The translations under genes and the position numbers were made by a program. This document shows, piece by piece, positions 16,596 to 23,233 of a stretch of 47,437 nt of DNA; positions within the stretch are counted from its first letter, which is position 1; each line of letters starts with the position of its first letter. Under the pieces are notes generated by a model, which saw nothing but the letters and a program-made list of their open reading frames with translations, had not been told where the DNA came from and did not search any database. Source of the stretch: a virus; the IMG/VR virus record IMGVR_UViG_3300028454_000165; one strand, written 5' to 3'.

Positions 16596-16679
16596 GCTCC
16601 AAGCCTCCTTTTTTGCTAAAAGTTTTTGTTATACAAAAAAGCTAATACGGTCTAACCACCTACCGTAAGGGATTATCAA

Positions 16680-17489
16680 CTAAGCGTTAAGGATATATTC
16701 GCAAGCCTTTTCCGCCTGGATCGAAGCGTAAACAATCATCTTAGGATCATCTTTCAGAACGCTCAGCCAGCTCTGCAAATAAGCCACATTATTGCGAAGC
16801 GTTGTTTCGGATGATAAACCACAAGTGGATGATAAGAAACAGGATCCGATCTCGGCGACAAGCTCCTCTTTGGAATACTCTTCGTTGCCGAAAGCAGCCT
16901 TTTTGTCGCTCTTGCGATTGCACCTTGTCTCTTTTCCGGTGCTGTGTGTCAGCTCGTGGAATAAGGTGCCGTAATACTCGTTGATCCCGATAAACTGCTC
17001 GGGCTTCGGAACTACAACCAAGTCCCTGGCTAGCATATAGTAAGCCTCATTACTGGGCTTTATTTCGAGCTTAGGAGCGTCAGCGGATTCGATGTATTTT
17101 TTTACGATAGCTTCAGCACTCTCGATAAGCTCTACTTCGTTTTGTATCTCTTCAGGCTTAACCTCAACGGGCTGTGTCCAGTCGTGCTTCGGCTTTAATC
17201 CTGTAACCTGTGTAAGGATATTGAACACCCTGTAATATCTCAAAGCGAAAGTCTTTTTGTAAATCTCTTCGCCATCATCGTCAAGAACTGCCTTGCCGTT
17301 TTTATCAAGAACTTTTTTGTCCTCTACTATCCAGCCACAAACAACATGAGACTTTTCGCCCTTGATAACCTGTCCGCCATCCTTTTTGATTTGTGCGAAA
17401 GTGGCATACTCGCCAGCCTCGAAGTCAAGGAGCATTTGATTTATAAGGTCATAACGCTTCCCAGTTGAGTAGGAAAAGCAAGGAAACAT
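16680..17489 (-). CDS. ardC: ArdC-like antirestriction protein, main reading frame (ssDNA-binding region plus zincin HExxH domain)
   Basis: TGKRYDLINQMLL, FHELTHSTG (HExxH) and KEELVAEIG are typical of ArdC. The N-terminal conserved segment lies in another frame (see 17441-17602). Confidence 0.7.
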   Translation of the reverse strand: MFPCFSYSTGKRYDLINQMLLDFEAGEYATFAQIKKDGGQVIKGEKSHVVCGWIVEDKKVLDKNGKAVLDDDGEEIYKKTFALRYYRVFNILTQVTGLKPKHDWTQPVEVKPEEIQNEVELIESAEAIVKKYIESADAPKLEIKPSNEAYYMLARDLVVVPKPEQFIGINEYYGTLFHELTHSTGKETRCNRKSDKKAAFGNEEYSKEELVAEIGSCFLSSTCGLSSETTLRNNVAYLQSWLSVLKDDPKMIVYASIQAEKACEYILNA

Positions 17490-17602
17490 TTGTGCATACC
17501 GCTGAAAGAAGCGGAAGCGTTATTCCAAGGCTTAACCCAAGGGATTCTACCCTCATTCATTTTGTTAATAATTTGTTCTGTGATAATCTCGTAGCTTGTC
17601 AT
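17441..17602 (-). pseudogene. ardC: N-terminal ArdC segment in a separate frame; apparent -1 frame break relative to 16680-17489
   Basis: AGGAGGG RBS 8 nt upstream of the ATG at 17602. Encodes MTSYEIITEQIINKMNEGRIPWVKPW... (ArdC N-terminal PW..PW motif) and stops at 17441-17443. Confidence 0.6.
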
Positions 17603-17637
17603 AATTGAAACCCTCCTAAGAATTTTGTTTCACCTTT

Positions 17638-17707
17638 AGCCTGTCTCATCAGTACGGGTAGGCCATCTCCCGTAGACACTCCCCGAAGTGGGGAGTGTTT
17701 CGACCTA
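17638..17707 (-). ncRNA. Candidate type II hammerhead self-cleaving ribozyme
   Basis: Minus-strand RNA reads GUC-GAA-[ACACUCCCC-ACUUC-GGGGAGUGU]-C / [UACGGG-AGAUGGCCUA-CCCGUA]-CUGAUGA-GAC. All core nucleotides, a GUC cleavage triplet and three stems are present. Confidence 0.65.
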
Positions 17708-18544
17708 TACGATTGTTAATTCCGTACCGTTGTAGCGGTAAACTGAATTGCTTAAGAAGTCCTGTTCAGCTACTTCGGTCTCGTTAATCTCACGAACCAT
17801 CGGAGCGAAAGCGGAAGCCTCGGGAGTGTCAGCGATAACGATTACCTCATGAACACTACTCGGGAAAACTATGAAAGTTTCAAGCCCCAACTTCTCGGAT
17901 ACTTCAGCGAGTAAAGCCTTATCTGTTACAATCGAAGCACCGTACAAGCCAGTCTTATTAGAGATAATCCACATCGGCACTACATCCGCACTTTTCTCGA
18001 AGTTCTCATCGAATAAGCAGTAAATCTGATTAAGATAATCAAAGATGCTTCTTACTGTCATTCCCTTGCGGTCAGCCTTTGCATTTTCCCTCAACTCTTC
18101 GAGAGTGATTCCGAGATAATCAAGGTGGTTATTGTTCAACTTAATCGTTGCATTTTCCAAGTTGCCACCCAGCTCGGTAAGGTCCAGCTCATAGATGATT
18201 GCAAGGTCAAGAAAATCAGTGTGCGGTGAGCTTTCAAGTAACTTAGTGTTACGCTCTTTACTGATAAGGACTGGTATTACATTGTCGAGAACGAAGCTCT
18301 TAGTTAATACCTTTGAGAAGTCAATGTCTAACTTCTCGGAAGTCCTAAAGAGTGATACCATCATCTCGATGTTTTCCTCTTCGCTCCTATCGTCCTGATA
18401 GTAAACGGTAGGTGATAAGTTGCTACCGTCATGGAGTACGAAAGCTCTCTTTACTACTCCGTTGTTCTTGGTAACCGTTGTCTCTTCAACTGTTACTCCA
18501 TTGCCGATAAGTTCCTCAATTCTTTTTGCGATAACTCTTTCCAT
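17705..18544 (-). CDS. DUF5688-like protein (family often found next to ArdC in Firmicutes mobile elements)
   Basis: Start trimmed to MERVIAKRIEEL, preceded by AAGGAGGA. The promoter lies inside the longer ORF-track extension. Confidence 0.5.
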   Translation of the reverse strand: MERVIAKRIEELIGNGVTVEETTVTKNNGVVKRAFVLHDGSNLSPTVYYQDDRSEEENIEMMVSLFRTSEKLDIDFSKVLTKSFVLDNVIPVLISKERNTKLLESSPHTDFLDLAIIYELDLTELGGNLENATIKLNNNHLDYLGITLEELRENAKADRKGMTVRSIFDYLNQIYCLFDENFEKSADVVPMWIISNKTGLYGASIVTDKALLAEVSEKLGLETFIVFPSSVHEVIVIADTPEASAFAPMVREINETEVAEQDFLSNSVYRYNGTELTIV

Positions 18545-18597
18545 TTGGTTATCCTCCTTGTGTGTATTGTCAACGGGTTGCCCCCCGTTGCAAGAAC

Positions 18598-18627
18598 AAT
18601 ATACAACGACGGGTAACACCCTGTCAA
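18598..18627 (-). promoter_or_regulatory. Sigma-70-type promoter of the minus-strand island
   Basis: Minus strand has TTGACA (18622-18627), an 18-nt spacer and TATATT (18598-18603), with an A/T-rich UP-like tract upstream. Confidence 0.5.
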
Positions 18628-18886
18628 GTACTTTTCTAAAATTTTTTTCAAAAAGTTTTTTGAGACAATCCGAAAAGCCATATTTATCAAGGCTTTGATG
18701 TGTGAAAAAATTCTGTAGAAAATCTGTATCAGACACAAAACACCGAGACAGGACACCTTAACAACTTATCACATACATTATTAAGAAAATAAATCCGCAT
18801 AAGTGTGCTTTGATAAGAACAAAGCAGACAGATAAAAGCCCATAGCCTGGCAATAGAAATAATTATTCTAATAGACTGACAAAGAC

Positions 18887-19044
18887 AGCCTTATTTATCC
18901 CCATACATTTAGCGAGATAATCTTTATAGAATAATCAATTATCATTTCCTATGAGTATTCTTTATTCAATCATCCAATAGATAGAAAATAAATCAGCCCT
19001 ACTTATTCCCATACATTCTACATAAAAAATCCTATAGAAAAGAC
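18887..19044. repeat. Two imperfect ~50-bp direct repeats 108 bp apart in an AT-rich noncoding region
   Basis: AGCCTTATTTATCCCCATACATT... (18887-18936) versus AGCCCTACTTATTCCCATACATT... (18995-19044). Each is followed by TATAGAA. Confidence 0.6.
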
Positions 19045-19087
19045 CTATACAAAAACAAAGCCAGGGCAGGACAGGGGGCAGGAACTA

Positions 19088-19140
19088 CCGCCTACACCCA
19101 CCCACACCCACACCCACACCCCACACCCACACCCCACAAC
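19088..19140. repeat. C/A-rich microsatellite-like tract (CCCACA-type); G-quadruplex-prone on the minus strand
   Basis: cctacacccacccacacccacacccacaccccacacccacaccccac: seven C3-4 runs separated by 1-3 nt. Confidence 0.8.
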
Positions 19141-19330
19141 AACACAAAAACAAAAGCCCCACAAGCCCACAAATAAGCAAGATCAGCAGCCACCGGACCG
19201 GCGGCAAGGTACTGCCGGGACAGCTCTCTGGGATGCGGGTTCGGAAGCGCAATTTTTGGCTAGGTATATAGTAAAATTTCCATTTCCGGCTGGCCCGGGC
19301 AGAAAAAAGAAGGGGGGTCAAAAAAAGAGG

Positions 19331-19359
19331 TTGCACCCCGTAAAGGGATGGTGTATAAT
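19331..19359 (+). promoter_or_regulatory. Near-consensus sigma-70 promoter
   Basis: TTGCAC (19331-19336), 17-nt spacer, TATAAT (19354-19359). Confidence 0.6.
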
Positions 19360-19401
19360 CATGGCAACCAGAAAGAGGATCACCGGAAGGAGTAAACCAC
19401 A

Positions 19402-19629
19402 ATGGCAATGACAGAGAAGAAGCGCAAGACAGATTATGCCTGGCAGAAGAAGAACTATAAGCGTGTAGGAACGAAGCTTTATAGAGGAGATGCGGAAGCC
19501 TTCGAGGAATGGTGCCGGGAGCATAACACAAGTGTGAACGCCGCCCTGAAGGAGTATGTATCTCAATGTTTAGGACGTCCGCTGGAAAAGCGGAGTGAGA
19601 ACAAGGAGGCAAAGGACAATGAAGAGTAG
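19402..19629 (+). CDS. Ribbon-helix-helix-like small protein
   Basis: GGAAGGAG RBS. KRVGTKLYRGDAEAFEEWCREHNTSVNAALKEYV fits the RHH beta-alpha-alpha pattern. Confidence 0.45.
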   Translation: MAMTEKKRKTDYAWQKKNYKRVGTKLYRGDAEAFEEWCREHNTSVNAALKEYVSQCLGRPLEKRSENKEAKDNEE

Positions 19630-19750
19630 AATAATGGCAGCGGGCATGAGCCTCATGATCATCCTGGAATTAACCGGGTGCGGATCCGGCGCCGGGCAGC
19701 AGGCAACGAATGCAAAAGAGAAAATTGCGCCGGCGCAATCCTCAATATAA
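19619..19750 (+). CDS. Small lipoprotein (43 aa)
   Basis: AAGGAGG RBS. MKSRIMAAGMSLMIILELTGC has lipobox L-T-G-C. Not in the ORF track because of its length. Confidence 0.5.
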   Translation: MKSRIMAAGMSLMIILELTGCGSGAGQQATNAKEKIAPAQSSI

Positions 19751-19909
19751 AGCCATTTTTGACAGCGTAGTGAAGTAAAAATAAAAAATTTTTTAAAAAA
19801 ATTTTTAGCATTAGCAGTTTCTGCGGATTTTTTGTGTTATTTTGATATTGTGAGTAAATGCCCGTGAAGATGATTCGCGGGCTTTGTTATACACAAAAGG
19901 AGGGCTTAT

Positions 19910-20689
19910 ATGCCTAAGCGAGATCCGCAGAGAGATAATGCTAAAGCTGAATATATAGCCCGAAGAACAAAGGGCAAGGTCAACTTAAAGGACCTGGCGG
20001 AGCAGCTGGGAGTATCCTATCAGACCTTGCGGAACTGGAAAACCAAAGATAAATGGGAAGACGCACTTCCGAAGAGAAAGCGCGGAGGCCAGCCGGGCAA
20101 TAAGAACTGTAAGGGAAAGAAGAATGCCAAAGGGCACCATGAGGGAGCACCCAAGGGGAATAAGAACGCAGAGAAGGACGGAGCATACAGCACCATCTTT
20201 TTTGATATGTTAACGGATGCCGAGAAGGAGCTGGCAGAGAAGACCCCGATTGGGAGCAAGGAAGCACTTACCCATGAATTGCAGATACTAAAGCTCCGGG
20301 AGCACAAGATCTTAGAGAAGATCGCAATGTACGAAGCTGCCGAAGAAGATACCCTTTACATAAACAGCCTTACCGATATGAGGGTACCGGGAGGCAAAGG
20401 GAATGCCAGGAAAGACGGAGCGATCCAGACAATGGGTATGTACAACAAAGATTCTGCATTTGCCAGGATAGATAAATTGCAGGAAGCTTTGTACAAGGTT
20501 CAAGGCAGGATCGCCACCATCATTAATGGACTTAGGGCCATTGAAGAGAGCGAGCAGAGGATCAAGCTGGATAAGAAGCGGTTAGAGATCCTCGAAATGA
20601 AAGCGACCGGTGCTATCGAGGTACCGGATCCTGACGGCGGCGTAGATGTGGATGATATAGACGATGAAGATGATATGGGTGATGTATAG
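19910..20689 (+). CDS. Terminase small-subunit-like protein (YjcR/HTH type)
   Basis: N-terminal HTH LKDLAEQLGVSYQTLRNWKTKDKW, then repeated GxPxGNKNxxK motifs typical of this TerS-like family. Confidence 0.6.
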   Translation: MPKRDPQRDNAKAEYIARRTKGKVNLKDLAEQLGVSYQTLRNWKTKDKWEDALPKRKRGGQPGNKNCKGKKNAKGHHEGAPKGNKNAEKDGAYSTIFFDMLTDAEKELAEKTPIGSKEALTHELQILKLREHKILEKIAMYEAAEEDTLYINSLTDMRVPGGKGNARKDGAIQTMGMYNKDSAFARIDKLQEALYKVQGRIATIINGLRAIEESEQRIKLDKKRLEILEMKATGAIEVPDPDGGVDVDDIDDEDDMGDV

Positions 20690-21178
20690 ATGAAGCTATA
20701 TACGAGCAAAACCGTATCTCAATGGCTGGGACTGACAGAGAGAAGAATTAGACAGCTCCGGGACGAGGGAATCATAGACGAAGCCCGCCCGGGACTTTAC
20801 GACTTAAAGCCTACGGTGCTGCGATACATCAAGTATTTAGGCGGCGCCGGAAGAGAGAGCCTGCAAACGGAACGAATGAAGCTGACAGCTGAGAAGCGCA
20901 AAGCCGCCGAGATGGATAACGAGGTCCGGCGAGGGGAGCTTCACAGCACGGAGGACATCGAAACAGGAATAAAGACCATGTGCTTAAATATCCGGGGAAG
21001 GTTCCTTGCGATGCCGGCCAAGCTATCACCGGCGCTGGCGGCAGCAGGCGGCAATCAGGCTGAGATATTCGATATATTAAAAGCCGCGATCAATGAGGCA
21101 CTGGAAGAGATCAGCGATTACCGTGTCGCATTAGCCTTAAACGGTGATGATGAGGATGAAGAAAAACAGGACAGTTAA
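20690..21178 (+). CDS. terS: Nu1-like terminase small subunit
   Basis: N-terminal wHTH TVSQWLGLTERRIRQLRDEGII...YDL...VLRYIKYL resembles lambda Nu1. Lies directly upstream of the GpA-type TerL. Confidence 0.6.
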   Translation: MKLYTSKTVSQWLGLTERRIRQLRDEGIIDEARPGLYDLKPTVLRYIKYLGGAGRESLQTERMKLTAEKRKAAEMDNEVRRGELHSTEDIETGIKTMCLNIRGRFLAMPAKLSPALAAAGGNQAEIFDILKAAINEALEEISDYRVALALNGDDEDEEKQDS

Positions 21179-22985
21179 GTTAGATGAATCGACAGTTGAT
21201 ATGTTGGCAAGGTGCATATCGGTTTTAAAGCCGCCCCCGGAAATGACATTATCACAGTGGGCGGATGCTTACCGGGTGTTATCTGCGGAGAGCAGTGCGG
21301 AACCGGGAAGATGGCACACCGACAAAGCCCCGTATCAGCGGGAGATCATGGACGCTATAGGAGATGCCAGGACAAGGCGAGTAGTTATCATGTGCGCAGC
21401 GCAGCTGGGTAAAACGGAACTATTGCTGAATATCCTGGCTTACTTTATGGCATATAATCCGGCCCCGATCCTTGTAATGCAACCTACCCTTGACATGGGG
21501 CAGACATTCAGTAAGGACCGGCTGGCGCCGATGATAAGAGATACTCCGGCGCTCCGGGGCCTAGTTGATGTTAAAAGCCGGTATTCCGGGAACACGATAA
21601 TGAAAAAGAACTTCCCCGGCGGCCACGTTACCATAGTTGGAGCAAACAGCGCAGCGGGATTAGCCAGCAGACCCATAAAGGTATTACTTGCCGACGAGGT
21701 AGACCGTTACCCGGAGAGCGCAGGATCAGAGGGCGACCCCCTATCACTGGCACAGAAAAGGCAGACTACCTTCTGGGATAAAAAAACGGTTATGGTATCA
21801 ACCCCGGTACTAAAGGGATATAGCCGTATAGAGACAGAGTTTAACCAAAGCACCAGGGAAGAGTGGAATGTGCCATGTCCCATATGCGGACACTTACAGC
21901 CCCTTGCATGGGCGAATGTGGTATTTGATTCATCAGATCCTACGATAGACCCGACATACCGCTGCGAGAGATGCGGAAAGGAATCCGGAGAATACGCATG
22001 GAAAGCCCAGGGCATAAACGGTAAATTTGTAGCCGAAAACCCGGATGCAGAAACAAGGGGATTTCACTTAAATACATTAGCTTCCACCTTTTGCGGGTGG
22101 AAGGAAATAGTACAGAAGTTTTTAGTAGCCAAAGAACAGATGGACCAGGGCAACCCGGAAGGTATGAAGGTTTGGGTAAATACAGAACTGGGTGAGACTT
22201 GGGAAGAACGCGGCGACACCGTAGAAGACGTAGAGCTTTTCAATCGGCGCGAGATCTACGATGCAGAAGTGCCGGATGGCGTAATAGCGCTTACGGCCGG
22301 TGTAGACGTACAGGATGATAGATTTGAAGTAGAAGTAGTCGGATGGGGAATAGGAAAAGAAAACTGGGGCATACGGTACCAGAAGATATATGGCGACCTG
22401 CTTAAAGAACAAGTATGGCAGGATCTTGACAATTTCCTGCTCACCGGATTTCAGAAGAAAGACGGGACCACGCTACACATACTATCAACCTGTATTGATT
22501 CCGGCGGACACTTCACGGATGCCGTATATAGGTTTACTAAGGACAGAATAGACCGCAGGGTATGGGCGGTCAAAGGCAAGGGCGGTCAGGACGTGCCATT
22601 CATCCGAAATCCGAGTACGAACAACAGGACTAAGACACCGTTATTCATCCTCGGAGTAGATGCAGGCAAGGCTTTGCTGTATCAGAGGTTGCGGCATAGT
22701 ACAAAAGGACCCAACTACTGTCACTTCCCGGAGAACGAAGAAGCCGGATATGACGCAGCTTATTTTAAAGGGCTGACATCAGAAAAGATGGTAGTGCGCT
22801 TTAAGAAGGGCCGAAGCGTTATCGTATGGGAACTCAAAGACAGCTCATTTAAGAGAAACGAGCCGCTTGATCTTAGAAATTATGCAATGGCGGCATTAGA
22901 GATAGCAAACCCGGTACTTACCAATGCGGAACCGGGAGTACAGAAGGTACACAGAGGTCGTAGAGTAGTAAGCGGAGGTATTTAA
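21144..22985 (+). CDS. terL: Terminase large subunit, lambda GpA family (start uncertain, 21144-21156)
   Basis: 613 aa. Walker A-like CAAQLGKT, LLADEVD, zinc ribbon CPICG...CERCG. Synteny Nu1-A-W-portal. Confidence 0.85.
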   Translation: MMMRMKKNRTVKLDESTVDMLARCISVLKPPPEMTLSQWADAYRVLSAESSAEPGRWHTDKAPYQREIMDAIGDARTRRVVIMCAAQLGKTELLLNILAYFMAYNPAPILVMQPTLDMGQTFSKDRLAPMIRDTPALRGLVDVKSRYSGNTIMKKNFPGGHVTIVGANSAAGLASRPIKVLLADEVDRYPESAGSEGDPLSLAQKRQTTFWDKKTVMVSTPVLKGYSRIETEFNQSTREEWNVPCPICGHLQPLAWANVVFDSSDPTIDPTYRCERCGKESGEYAWKAQGINGKFVAENPDAETRGFHLNTLASTFCGWKEIVQKFLVAKEQMDQGNPEGMKVWVNTELGETWEERGDTVEDVELFNRREIYDAEVPDGVIALTAGVDVQDDRFEVEVVGWGIGKENWGIRYQKIYGDLLKEQVWQDLDNFLLTGFQKKDGTTLHILSTCIDSGGHFTDAVYRFTKDRIDRRVWAVKGKGGQDVPFIRNPSTNNRTKTPLFILGVDAGKALLYQRLRHSTKGPNYCHFPENEEAGYDAAYFKGLTSEKMVVRFKKGRSVIVWELKDSSFKRNEPLDLRNYAMAALEIANPVLTNAEPGVQKVHRGRRVVSGGI

Positions 22986-22987
22986 TA

Positions 22988-23224
22988 ATGGCAATATTCG
23001 ACAAGGAAACGTGCAAAAGAAAATTAAAAGTATGGATGGATGCCGAAGAAGCTATAGCGACCGGACAAAGGTACCAGATAGGGACCAGGATGCTTACCAG
23101 AGCGGACTTAGAGGCGGTAAGAAAAGAGATGGAATACTGGGCGGCGAGATTAGCTGAAGCTGAAGCCGAAGAGAAAAGCGGCGGAAGGAACAGACTGTAC
23201 CGGTTTGTAGCACGAGATGTGTAG
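22988..23224 (+). CDS. gpW-like head-tail joining protein
   Basis: 78 aa, located between TerL and portal as in lambda. Confidence 0.6.
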   Translation: MAIFDKETCKRKLKVWMDAEEAIATGQRYQIGTRMLTRADLEAVRKEMEYWAARLAEAEAEEKSGGRNRLYRFVARDV

Positions 23225-23233
23225 GAGGATATC

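Noticed and set aside
18545-18736. N-terminal 64-aa extension of the DUF5688-like ORF (track start 18736)
   Set aside because: A TTGACA-18-TATATT promoter, a hairpin and a strong AAGGAGGA RBS before the internal ATG (18544) all lie inside the extension.
19085-19612. 175-aa minus-strand ORF and nested 82-aa ORF
   Set aside because: The open frames are created by the C/A low-complexity tract. They are antisense to a promoter and the RHH-like gene, have no RBS, and have an implausible composition.
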